A DNA stretch of 64,000 bases from Candidatus Latescibacterota bacterium (GTDB lineage: Bacteria; Latescibacterota; UBA2968; UBA8231). The stretch is from NCBI GenBank assembly GCA_965243025.1, contig CBDETY010000003.1:3328001-3392000 (forward strand), in the 5' to 3' direction. The position numbers and the translations under genes were made by a program. The notes under the pieces were generated by a model. That model was not told where the DNA came from. It did no database searches and was given only the letters and a program-made list of their open reading frames with translations. Positions 29,880 through 39,800 of this stretch are shown in pieces (position 1 is the first letter of the stretch; the number at the start of each line of letters is the position of its first letter).

Positions 29880-30078
29880 GCAGGTCAGCTCCCCCCCTGG
29901 CCCTGGACAGATTTTCCAGCGCCTTGGTGGTCGCCACCACCGACAACGAGCACACGCCGCTCGGGGTGGCCGCCTTCACGTACGACGAACAGGGGAACGA
30001 AATCCTCTCCGATCTTGTCGTAACCGCGAATACGCCGACCGCGATCCGACCTGCCACCTGGGGCTCGGTAAAAAATGA
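29880..30078 (+). pseudogene. C-terminal fragment of a WGxxK-tail protein
   Basis: ..VTANTPTAIRPATWGSVK with no credible start or signal peptide. Confidence 0.5.
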
Positions 30079-30085
30079 AGCGGAG

Positions 30086-30916
30086 TTACGGCCGCAGACT
30101 GGCCTTGATCCGGGCCCAGGTGGTGGACTCAACGACGGTGCGTGATCCCATCAGAACGCCGTGAGCTGTTGTGTCAAAGCCGGATGCTGCTTCCACGTCT
30201 TCCAGGTAGAACTGACCGCTCCCTACATCGTCGTGGTCGAAATCAAAAACACCCACGGTGAACCCTATGGTATGGCCGGGTTCGAACCTGGAGGTTTCGC
30301 TCCCGTCGGGGTCGGAATCGAGCAAGAGATCGAAGGCCGTGACGTAGAACTCGACGGCCCACGAAACGGTTTCACCCTCCAGGACAGATGCCGTTCCAAG
30401 TGCGTAGGGAGGCTCGACGGCCCAGTAACCGTCTTCGTCCCAGTAAGCTCCGACGAAGGGAAGCCTTAGCCCGCCCCAATCCGGGTAGATGATGACGTCG
30501 TAGTACTGGTCGTAGGACTCATCCAGGGGGTCACCGTGATACCCGGAATGGTCTCCGTCCACGATCAGGGCGACCTGATCGGCTATCCCGTCCGAGTTTC
30601 GGTACACGTCATCCGTCGCCTCGATGGCGACGTACACCTTGCCATCATCGGACCACGCCACCCAGGAGCGGAAATCCAGGTTCGCGGGATCGTATTTGTC
30701 CGGCGGATTGAATTCGCCCGACGGTTCGGCGTGCCAGTGCATATTGAAGTCGAGCCGCGTCGCGGTGGGTTCTGAGAACAGCTCTTTCCAGTCGGACAGG
30801 TCGCCATCGATGGTCAACTGATCTGCGGACACGTAGGGAATGGAGAACGAGAATTCTCCATCGTGCGCGATGGCCTGGGTGGACGCCAGCGCCAACAACA
30901 AGACGATAGTCTTCAT
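30086..30916 (-). CDS. Secreted CBM9/DOMON-like paralog 5 (divergent) with WARIK tail
   Basis: AAGGAGGT RBS, signal peptide, TIDGDLSDW, DPANLDFRSWVAW, VDGDHSG, VEFYVT, VVESTTWARIKASL. Confidence 0.8.
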   Translation of the reverse strand: MKTIVLLLALASTQAIAHDGEFSFSIPYVSADQLTIDGDLSDWKELFSEPTATRLDFNMHWHAEPSGEFNPPDKYDPANLDFRSWVAWSDDGKVYVAIEATDDVYRNSDGIADQVALIVDGDHSGYHGDPLDESYDQYYDVIIYPDWGGLRLPFVGAYWDEDGYWAVEPPYALGTASVLEGETVSWAVEFYVTAFDLLLDSDPDGSETSRFEPGHTIGFTVGVFDFDHDDVGSGQFYLEDVEAASGFDTTAHGVLMGSRTVVESTTWARIKASLRP

Positions 30917-31055
30917 GAGTACCTCCTTATCGTAGGGCCGACGCCAAAAGTCCACTGGGGTTCCGTTACAAGGATTTATGGCTCCACATCCTCTTCCCCT
31001 GGGGGTGCCCGTTTCTGCTGTTTTTCGCGGTCATATTTCAGACTGAGCCAATACC

Positions 31056-31090
31056 CCGTGGAGGGTCAGGTTGCGCGGGTTGCCCCCGCG
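31056..31090. repeat. 35-bp exact direct repeat, copy 2
   Basis: Identical to 28774..28808. Confidence 0.9.
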
Positions 31091-31732
31091 CCCGGTCCGG
31101 CACGAAGAACTGGTGCCCCTCCGGGTCGGCCCACGCGACGTCGGCGGGCACGCCCTCCTCGATCAGCTTCTCCGCCTCCTCCTCGAACCGGTCCGACAGC
31201 CGCTTCAGGAAGAGCAGGCCGAAGATGTAGGTCTTGTAGTCGCTGCTGTCGATCGACCCGCGCAGGATGTCGGCGGCCGACCAGAGGTACTGCTCGAGCT
31301 GGGCGACGCTCAGCTTTTCGGGAACAGGTCAGGGGTGTCGGGGATGGACGGGGGCGAGGGTGCAGGCTCGGGCTGGGGAGCGGCACGGCCGTCGGTCTTT
31401 GGTGGTGCGGTCGAGCCGATGGGGCGGGCAGCCGGCTGCGGGGCGGCACGGCCGTCCCCTTTAGGTGGCGCCGGGTGTCCCATGAGACGGGCGGCGAACT
31501 CCGCTTTCTCGCGGCCGGAATCGTCGAGGCCGAAGACCCGGCACAGCTCCTTGAGGCGGTCCCGCGGGAGGTCCGGCAGAATCTCGTCGAGCCGCGCCTT
31601 TCGGGAGCCGGCCAGGGCGTCGACGAGTTCCGTCTTGACGCGGCGGTCCCAGACGGGCAGGTCGTAGTACTCGACGTTGGCGCGGAGCTCGTCCGCGGTC
31701 AGCTCAGAGAGGATGGCACGTTTGGTGGGCAT
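31090..31732 (-). pseudogene. hsdM: N-terminal part of type I RM M subunit with helical extension, frameshift at ~31322
   Basis: ORF 31310..31732, then shifted frame EKLSVAQLEQYLWSAADILRGSIDSSDYKTYIFGLLFLKRLSDRF. Confidence 0.8.
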
Positions 31733-31751
31733 TGGAGTTAGTCCCTCAGGG

Positions 31752-32018
31752 CTAGGGTCTCGCCCCGGTTTCGGCGCGGCGGGCCGCCCAGGTCTTCTGC
31801 AGATTGAGCCAGAGTTCTGGCGTTGTCCCGAAATACCGCGACAGGCGGCGTGCGGTGACTTGGGTGACGCCCTCCTGCCCGTTTAGGATGGCGGTGGCCC
31901 GGTTGGCTGGGATGCCGAGCCCCTGGGCCAGTGCGTCGGCGGGGAGGCCGCGCTCGTCCATCTCGTCTCGCAGGATCTCGCCGGGATGCACCGGGGGCAT
32001 TCTGTTCGTTGGCGCCAT
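31752..32018 (-). CDS. higA: HigA-family antitoxin (HTH)
   Basis: PVHPGEIL..LA..LG...LSRYFGTTPELWLNLQ. Confidence 0.85.
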   Translation of the reverse strand: MAPTNRMPPVHPGEILRDEMDERGLPADALAQGLGIPANRATAILNGQEGVTQVTARRLSRYFGTTPELWLNLQKTWAARRAETGARP

Positions 32019-32026
32019 GGCAGTCG

Positions 32027-32353
32027 TCAGTCGCGGGGATCGCCGTCAGCGATTCCGGACAGCTTGACAGGCGGGCGGTCGGGAAACCTGGCGATGAGCG
32101 AAAGGCTGCCGCCCATGGCCTCCACCGTCCTCCGCAACGTCGAAAGCAGCAGATCGCTTCGTTGCTCCAGCCGGGAGACCCCGTCCTGCGAGATCCCAAG
32201 TTGGCGCGCGACGTGCGCCTGGGTGAGCTGCCGGGTATTGCGAAGCTGGCGCAGACTCATCTCCTCGGCAATGAGTTCCGTCGCCCGATCTTCGACCTTG
32301 CCGCGCCGGGCAGGATCGAGCATCCCGATCTTTTCTTCCAGGTTCAATGGCAT
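32027..32353 (-). CDS. XRE-family HTH antitoxin
   Basis: EEMSLRQLR..LTQ..VA..GISQDGVSRLEQRSDLLLSTLR..AMGG.L; AAGGAGGT RBS. Confidence 0.85.
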   Translation of the reverse strand: MPLNLEEKIGMLDPARRGKVEDRATELIAEEMSLRQLRNTRQLTQAHVARQLGISQDGVSRLEQRSDLLLSTLRRTVEAMGGSLSLIARFPDRPPVKLSGIADGDPRD

Positions 32354-32574
32354 CAGGAACCTCCTTCGTTGCGAGCCGGGCAAAGTGCCGGTCGAACCGC
32401 TGTCGGCCTTGCCGCCGGGATAGAAGGTGCTCATGCCACGATGTCTTCAGAAACATATGTTGTCAAGGCCATGTTGTGGCTGGACTCCCATTACCGCCTC
32501 GCCAGCACCTCCCCATGACCCTGGATTGACATATTTTTTCTCGCTATATTACGTCATAAACTGTGAGGTATAGT

Positions 32575-32925
32575 ATGCGATTCCATGAATTCGTCGAGGA
32601 TCAGGTGTTTTCACCGACGCTCGTCGCCGACGCCCTGCGCACCACCAAGTCGGAGATCGCCGGCACCTTGGGCCTCGGAAAGGACGCATTTACGCGCGCA
32701 TCCCGGGTCCGGGCGCGCAAAACGCAGATCCGCCTGCGCCAGATGCTGGAGATCCTGAACCGCGTTGAAGAGGAAACTGGATCCCCCCTAGCCGCCTACG
32801 CTTGGTTCCGCTCCGAGCCGCTGCCCGGCTTTGGAGGCGCCACCCCGGATCAGTTGCTGCGCGAAGGCAGGGCCGATCAGGTGCGTGCCTACCTGGACCG
32901 GATCATGGCAGGCGGCTATGCCTGA
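32575..32925 (+). CDS. Xre/MbcA/ParS-type antitoxin
   Basis: AWFRSEPLPGFGGATPDQLL..G; upstream of the RES gene. Confidence 0.85.
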   Translation: MRFHEFVEDQVFSPTLVADALRTTKSEIAGTLGLGKDAFTRASRVRARKTQIRLRQMLEILNRVEEETGSPLAAYAWFRSEPLPGFGGATPDQLLREGRADQVRAYLDRIMAGGYA

Positions 32926-32940
32926 GTTCCTGCTGTCCTG

Positions 32941-33450
32941 ATGCGATTCCGGGGGAGGGTTTACCGGGCGCACAATCCCCAGTGGTCCTGGACGCCGTTG
33001 TCCGGGGAGGGCGCGCGCCGGTATGGCGGCCGCTTCAATCGGCGTGGAATTCCCGCGCTCTATACCTCGCTGGCGCCGCTGACCGCCGTACGCGAAGCGC
33101 AGCCCCTGGGCCGGACATTGGAGCCGATTACCCTTTGTGCCTATGAGGTCGATGCCGAGCCCGTCTTCGATGCGGTGGACGAAGAAAAGTGCCAATCCCT
33201 GGACGTTGACGATTCCGATTTAGCATGCCCCACCTGGGAAGCGCAGATGCTGGCCGGGGTCGTCCCCGCCTCGCAGTCGCTGGCCGACCGCCTGATCGCC
33301 GCAGGCTATGCCGGCATGCGGGTCCGAAGTTTCGCCGCCGGGTCTGGCGCCGACGACCTCAACCTTGTGATGTGGAGGTGGAGCCCCAACCGTCCAGACC
33401 GAGTCCTTCTCATTGACGACGAAGGTCGACTCTCAGGAGATCCAGCCTGA
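32941..33450 (+). CDS. RES-domain toxin
   Basis: YR..SGEGA..GGRFN..ALYTS..TAVRE..VRS..NLV. Confidence 0.9.
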   Translation: MRFRGRVYRAHNPQWSWTPLSGEGARRYGGRFNRRGIPALYTSLAPLTAVREAQPLGRTLEPITLCAYEVDAEPVFDAVDEEKCQSLDVDDSDLACPTWEAQMLAGVVPASQSLADRLIAAGYAGMRVRSFAAGSGADDLNLVMWRWSPNRPDRVLLIDDEGRLSGDPA

Positions 33451-33572
33451 TTTTCGGGGAGTCGTGCAATTCGGGTAGTTCCTCTCCCTCCGTAGTCCAG
33501 AGCCCGCCCCGCAACCCCGAAATACAGTTTCCCCCTCGCTGTAGCGGAGCCCCACCCTCCCGGGCCGCCCAC

Positions 33573-33641
33573 ATAACACGGTTAACCGGATGTTCCCCAG
33601 TCCCTGTTGACAAACCGGGAACATCGGTTAACATCGTTAAC
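33573..33641 (+). promoter_or_regulatory. Sigma70 promoter with TetR-type operator, probably leaderless transcript
   Basis: TTGACA 33607, TAACAT 33629, palindrome GTTAAC-ATC-GTTAAC 33627..33641; no SD before ATG 33644. Confidence 0.6.
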
Positions 33642-33643
33642 TC

Positions 33644-35719
33644 ATGGACCGTATCGATATCCTCACCAGGGCCTGCGAGCTCTACCTCGAGGGCGGGGCC
33701 GAAGCCGTTTCCATGCGCCGGCTCGCCCGCGACCTCGGGGTCACCGCGCCGGCCCTCTACCGCCACTACGACAGCCGCGAGGAGATGCTCCTCGACGTCG
33801 TCGCCGAAGCCTACCGGCGGCTGAGCGAGCGGCTCTACGGCGCCCTCTCCGGCCGCACCCCCGCCGAACGGCTCTACCTGGCGGGGCAGGCCTACCTCGA
33901 CTTCGCCCTCGACCAGCCGAAGTACTACGAGATGCTCTACACCCCCGCCCACACTCTCGGCGCGGAGGAGTTTCCCGAGCAGGTGACGGAGCAGGTCGCC
34001 AGCGTCGGCCGCTTCTTCAACGACCGCGTGCGCGAGTGCATCGACGCCGGCCTCTTCCAGCCGCTCGACCCGGCCGACGTGTCCCGCACCCTGTGGGCCC
34101 ACGCCCACGGCCTGATCTCCATCTACCTGCGCGGCTGCCTGCACATGGACGCCGAGGAGTTCCGCCGCCACTACAGGGCTTCGAGCCGGCGGGCGATCAC
34201 CGGCATGGCCACCCCGGCGTACGAGGCGGAGATGGGCCGCGCCATCGAGGACCTCTCCCGGACGGAGGCCGCCTCCAAAGCCGGCGGCAGGGGCCGCCTG
34301 CGCACGGGTGCGGCGACCGGGCTGGCCTGGATCCTGCTTTCCTGGGGCGGGGCAACCGCCGCCGCCGAAACCGCGCCGCCGGCCCCGGAGCTGCTCCTGA
34401 GCATCGACGAGGTGGTGGACCTCGCCCTGGACCGCAGCCGCGAGTTGGCCGAGGCGCGGCTGCTGCTGACCGAGGCCGAGGAGCAGGTTTCCGAGGCCCG
34501 GGGGGAGATGTTCCCGAGCCTCGACTTCTCGGCCAGCTACGTCCGCAACATCGCGCCGCCGGTCTTCTTCATGCCGGCGATGATCTTCAATCCCGCGGCC
34601 CGTCCCGGGGAGTTCCTGCCCCTGGAGTTCAGCGCCGACAACAGCTGGCAGAGCGCCCTCACCCTGCGGCAGCCCCTGTTCGACCCGAGGGGCCTCTTCG
34701 GCCTCGCCGCGGCCGACAACTTCCGGCGGCTGCGCACCGAGATGGTCCGCGGCCACTCCCAGCAGGTGGCGACGCGGGTGCGCCTGCTCTGCTACGAGCT
34801 GCTGCTGCGCGGCGAGGAGGTGCTCCTGACCGAGCGGTCGCTCGAGCGCCTGCGGCAGGCCCTCGAGGAGACCCGCGGCCGGGCCCGGGCGGGCCTGGCT
34901 TCCGACTACGACGTGCTGCGCCTCGAGGTCGAGCTGGCCAATCTCGAGCCGCAGCTGCTGCTGGCCCGCAACGCCAGGGAATCGGCGCGGCGCCGGCTCG
35001 GCCTGGAGCTGGCCCTCGACGACCCCGGCCGGGTGCGGTTGTCCGAAGGCGAGGCCCTCACCGGCACGGAGGCCGGTCCGGGGCTGCCGGCCGGGGATCT
35101 GGTGCAGACGGCGCTGGCTCACCGCTCCGACGTGCGCCAGTTCGAACAGACCAGCGAGCTGGGCCGCAGACAGGTGCAGCTCGAGCAGGTGGAGTACCTG
35201 CCCAAGGTCTCCCTGTTCGCCACCTGGGACGTGCAGGCGCAGCAGAACGGAGGGCTCGATTTCTTCGGCAGCGAGGACAACCGCGCCACCAGCAAGATCG
35301 CCGGCGTGTCCGTGGACCTGCCCCTGTTCTCCGGCCTGCAGCGGGACGCCCGCGTCGACCAGCGGCGGGCGGCCCTGCGCCAGGCGCAGCTGCGGGAGCA
35401 GATGGCCCGGGACGAAGCCGCGGTCCAGGTCCGCGACCTCGAGGAGGCGCTGGCCGCAGCCGTCCAGCGCGAGAAGGGGCAGCGGCTGGCCGTATCCCAG
35501 GCCCGGCGGGGGTTCGAGATCGCCAGCGCCCGCTACCGCGAGGGGCTCGGCAGCCGCCTCGAGGTGACCGACGCCGAGGTCGCCCTGCGGCAGAGCGAGT
35601 TCAACATGGCCCGGGCCGCCCACGACCTGCTCGCCGGCAGGGCCCGGCTCGACCTCGCCATCGGGCGGGTGCCCCCCGTCGACGGCGAGGCCGTTACCGA
35701 TCGGAAGGAGACGGAGTGA
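33644..35719 (+). CDS. TetR-family regulator fused in frame to a TolC-family outer-membrane efflux protein
   Basis: aa 1-190 TetR (SMRRLARDLGVTAPALYRHY; WAHAHG), hydrophobic signal-like linker, then OEP repeats (YLPKVSL, LPLFSG, RYREGLGS.LEV.DA). Confidence 0.85.
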   Translation: MDRIDILTRACELYLEGGAEAVSMRRLARDLGVTAPALYRHYDSREEMLLDVVAEAYRRLSERLYGALSGRTPAERLYLAGQAYLDFALDQPKYYEMLYTPAHTLGAEEFPEQVTEQVASVGRFFNDRVRECIDAGLFQPLDPADVSRTLWAHAHGLISIYLRGCLHMDAEEFRRHYRASSRRAITGMATPAYEAEMGRAIEDLSRTEAASKAGGRGRLRTGAATGLAWILLSWGGATAAAETAPPAPELLLSIDEVVDLALDRSRELAEARLLLTEAEEQVSEARGEMFPSLDFSASYVRNIAPPVFFMPAMIFNPAARPGEFLPLEFSADNSWQSALTLRQPLFDPRGLFGLAAADNFRRLRTEMVRGHSQQVATRVRLLCYELLLRGEEVLLTERSLERLRQALEETRGRARAGLASDYDVLRLEVELANLEPQLLLARNARESARRRLGLELALDDPGRVRLSEGEALTGTEAGPGLPAGDLVQTALAHRSDVRQFEQTSELGRRQVQLEQVEYLPKVSLFATWDVQAQQNGGLDFFGSEDNRATSKIAGVSVDLPLFSGLQRDARVDQRRAALRQAQLREQMARDEAAVQVRDLEEALAAAVQREKGQRLAVSQARRGFEIASARYREGLGSRLEVTDAEVALRQSEFNMARAAHDLLAGRARLDLAIGRVPPVDGEAVTDRKETE

Positions 35720-36846
35720 GGAACCAACTGCCATCGCGGCGCCGCGTCCTGGGCGCCCTGCTGCCGGCCGCCGGCGCGGCCCTGCTCGCCCTCGGGGGCT
35801 GCGGGGAAGCGCCCGGGGCCGCCGACGAGTCCGCCGCCCCGGAAGGGTCTGCTTCCCGCGAGGCGGCAGCGGCGGCCAACGGCCGCGTCGTCAACGTCGA
35901 AGTCGATACCCTGGTCCCGCGGGCCTTCACCGACGCCATCCGCCTGACCGGCACGGTGCGCGCCGACCGCGAGGTGATGCTCGCCGCCGAGGAGGGCGGC
36001 ACCGTGGCCGCGGTCCCGGCCGACAAGGGGGACCAGGTGCGCCGCGGCCAGGCCCTGGTCCGCCTGGAGGACGACCTGCTGCGGGCACAGCGCGACGAGG
36101 CCGAGGCCCAGGCGGCCCTCGACGCCGACCAGTGGGGGCGCCGGAAGCGGCTCTACGAAGTGGACGGAATCGGCACCGAAGAGGAGTACGTCGAAGCCCG
36201 GCTCGCCGCCGATCAGTCCAGGGCCCGGCTCGACCTGATCGAAGCGCGCCTGCGCCGCGCCGTGGTGCGCGCCCCCTTCGACGGGGTGATCGACCTGCGC
36301 CTCGTCGAGGTCGGCTCCGTCGTCGCCCCGGGCCAGCCGGTGGCCCGCATCCTCGACCTCGAGCCGCTGAAGGTGACCGCCGGCGTTCCCGAGCGCTACG
36401 CGGCGAAGGTGGCCCCCGGCGACCGGGCGACCGTCGCCTTCGCCGCCCTCGAGGACACCTGCGGGGCCGCCGTGTCCTACGTCGGGGCCGCGGTCGACGG
36501 CGGCCAGCGCACCTTCCCCGTCGAGCTCGACCTCGAGCGTCCGGTGGCCGGGGCCAAGCCGGCCATGGTCGCCGAGGTCACCCTCGTGCTCGAGGTCCAC
36601 CCGGGGGCGATAGTGGTGCCGAATCAGGCCCTGGTGCGCACCGAGGAGGGCTTCACCGCCTTCGTCGCCGCCGACGGAGTGGACGGCCCCGTCGCCCGGG
36701 CGCGCCCCGTCACCCTCGGCGCCTCCGGCGGCGACGAGGTGGTGGCCACTTCCGGGCTGTCAGAGGCTGAACGCCTGATCGTCGTCGGCCAGGAACAGGT
36801 TGCCGACGGCGACCGCCTGCGCATCGTACCGCGCCGCGGCCTGTGA
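35716..36846 (+). CDS. RND efflux periplasmic adaptor (lipoprotein)
   Basis: GTG overlapping upstream stop, LGGC lipobox, GDQVRRGQ.L, VRAPFDG, GSVV.PG. Confidence 0.9.
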   Translation: MRNQLPSRRRVLGALLPAAGAALLALGGCGEAPGAADESAAPEGSASREAAAAANGRVVNVEVDTLVPRAFTDAIRLTGTVRADREVMLAAEEGGTVAAVPADKGDQVRRGQALVRLEDDLLRAQRDEAEAQAALDADQWGRRKRLYEVDGIGTEEEYVEARLAADQSRARLDLIEARLRRAVVRAPFDGVIDLRLVEVGSVVAPGQPVARILDLEPLKVTAGVPERYAAKVAPGDRATVAFAALEDTCGAAVSYVGAAVDGGQRTFPVELDLERPVAGAKPAMVAEVTLVLEVHPGAIVVPNQALVRTEEGFTAFVAADGVDGPVARARPVTLGASGGDEVVATSGLSEAERLIVVGQEQVADGDRLRIVPRRGL

Positions 36847-39800
36847 GCGGGCCCGAGATGACCGATCGTCCGCGCGACAACGACGCCTTCAACGAGCTGC
36901 CCGTCACCTCCTGGGCGGTGCGCCACGGCACCAGCGTGCTCATGCTGTTCGCCATCATCGCCCTGGCCGGCACCCTGGCCTACCGCGGCGTCCCCAAGGA
37001 GGCCTTCCCCGAGATCGAGATCCCCGTGATCGCGGTGAACACCATTTACCCGGGGGTGTCGCCGAAGGACATGGAGTCGCTGGTGACGCGGGTGATGGAG
37101 CAGGAGCTCAGGACCATCCCCGACCTCAAGGAGCTGACCTCGACCTCGGTCGAGGGCTACTCGAGCGTGGTCGCCGAGTTCAGCACCGAGGTCGACCTGC
37201 ACGAGGCCCTGCGGCAGGTGCGCGAGAGGGTCGACCTCGCCAAGGCCGAGCTCCCCGCCGACGCCGAGGAGCCCCGCATCTTCGAGTTCGACTTCGAGGA
37301 GGTGCCGATCCTGCAGGTCAACCTGTCCGGGGAGTACGGGCTGGTCCGCCTCAAGGAGGTGGGCGAAAAGCTTCAGGACCGCCTCGAGCAGATCCCGTCG
37401 GTTCTGCGCGTCGACCTGCGCGGAGGCCGGGAGCGCGAGGTACAGGTCGACGTCTCCCTGCCGCGGCTGCTCTACTACGGCCTGACCCTGAAGGACGTGG
37501 TAGAGACGGTGCGCAACGAGAACGTCAACATCCCAGGGGGCTCGATCGACGTCGGCGAGCGGAAGTTCCTGGTCCGCGTCGACGGCGAGATCGACGACCC
37601 GCTGTCGATCGGCGACCTCGTGGTGGACGCCCCGGGGGGCCGCCCGGTGTACGTGCGCGACGTCGCCGAGGTGGATTTCGGGTTCGCCGAGCGCCAGAGC
37701 TACGCCCGCCTCGACGGCCTGCCCGTGGTGACCCTCGACGTTATCAAGCGCACGGGGAAGAACATCATCGAGACGGCCGACGCCGTGCACGCGGCGATCG
37801 CGGCGATGGAGGCGGACTTCCCCCCCAACACGGTAGTGAAGACCACCTCGGACATGTCCCGCGACATCCGCATGATGGTCAACAGCCTGGAGAACAACAT
37901 CCTCTCCGGCCTGCTGCTGATCGTCGGGGTGCTCCTGTTCTTCCTCGGCGTGCGCACCTCGGTCTTCGTCGGCGTCGCCATCCCGACCTCGATGCTGCTC
38001 TCCTTTCTCCTCCTCGGGCTGCTCGGGGTGACCATGAACATGGTGGTCCTGTTCTCGCTGATCCTCTCCCTCGGCATGCTGGTCGACAACGCCATCGTCA
38101 TCGTCGAGAACACCTACCGCTACGTCGAGGAGGGCTGGGAGCGGGCCACGGCGGCGCGCAAGGCGGTCGGGGAGGTGGCCCTGCCCGTCATCGCCTCGAC
38201 ATTGACGACCCTGGCCGCCTTCGGTCCGCTGCTGTTCTGGACCGGCACCGTCGGCGAGTTCATGAAGTACCTGCCCACGACCCTGATCGTGACCCTGTCG
38301 AGCTCCCTGTTCGTCGCCCTCGTGATCGTCCCGGTGCTGTGCAGCCGCTGGCTGCGCCTGGAAGGGGAACGCCCGCCAACGCTGCCGCGGAGCGGACGCC
38401 GGGGGCTGATCGCCCTGGCCGTCCTGGCCGCCGCCGGGCTGGCCGCGGCCAACGCCCTGACCCTGGTCCTGCTGATCGTCACCGCCCTGGCCGCCATGGT
38501 TGCCCACCGCTGGATCCTCGGACCCCTGGCCCGCCGCTTCCAGGGGAAGGGCCTTCCCTGGCTGGTCGACCGCTACGAGGGCGTCCTCGAGTGGGCCCTC
38601 GGCCACCGTTTCACCGTCGTGGCCGGATCCTTCTCGGTGCTGGCCGCCATGGTCGTCGCCTTCTCCTTCTTCAACAGCGGCATCGTGTTCTTCCCCGAGG
38701 ACATTCCACCGCGGCAGGTCTGGGTCGACGCCGAGGCGCCGGTAGGCACGCGCCCCCAGTTCCTCGACGGCATCGCCCGCGAGCTGGAGCTGCAGGTGCG
38801 CGGCGTCGAGGGGTACGAGGACGCCGAATCGGCGGTGACCACCGTCGGGGCCGGGGGCAGCCCGCTGATAGGGGGCACCCAGGGAGCCAGCGACGCGCGC
38901 CTGATGGTGAGCTTCACCGACTACCAGGAACGCCGGTTCGACAGCTTCGGGACCCTGGCGCGCATGCAGGAAAGGGTGGGGCGCGAGATCGCCGGGGCCG
39001 AGATCTCGGTGGACAAGCCGGTGGACGGCCCGCCCCAGGGGGCGCCGGTCAACATCGAGATCGCCGGCAAGGATCCGGCGGTGCTGAAGGACCTGTCCGA
39101 CCGCGTCCTGCAGATCCTGAGAAGCTCCCCGGTGGCCGGCAAGCTCAGCGGCCTGGAGAGCGACCTCGACGAGGCCCGCCCGGAGCTTGCCGTGCACGTC
39201 GACCGCGAAAGGGCCGCCCTGTACGGCCTGTCGACGGCGGACGTGGCCGGCGTGGTGCGCACCGCCGTGCAGGGCACCGAGGCGAGCCGTTACCGCACCG
39301 GCAACGACGAGTACGACATCGTCGTCCGTCTCGCCGAGCCCTGGCGGAAGGACCTCGAATCGCTGCGCGACCTGGTCGTCCAGAACGGACCGGGGGAGCC
39401 GATCCCGCTGGTGTCGGTGGCCCGCTGGACGGTGGGAGAAGGGCTCGGCTCGATCCGCCGCAAGGATATGGACCGCATGGCGACGATCAGCTCCGACGTG
39501 CGCGCCGGACTCAACAAGAACGCCGTGCTCGCCGAGGTGCAGCAGAGCCTGGCGCGGTTCGCCGACGACGAGCTGCCCCCGGGCTACACGGTGCGCTACA
39601 CCGGCCAGCAGGAGGACCAGGCCGAGGCCATGTCGTTCCTGACCACCGCCTTCCTGGCCGCCCTGGGTTTGATCGCCTTCATCCTCGTGACCCAGTTCAA
39701 CTCGGTGATCAAGCCCCTCATCATCCTGACGTCGGTGATCATGTCGACCGCCGGGGTCCTGTTCGGCCTGATGGTGTTCCGCATGCCCTTCGGGATCATC

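Noticed and set aside
33607-35715. 1079-aa ORF 33607..36846 as one protein
   Set aside because: The first ~700 aa are an Arg/Pro/Gly-rich shadow frame of TetR-TolC; only 35716..36846 resembles an adaptor protein
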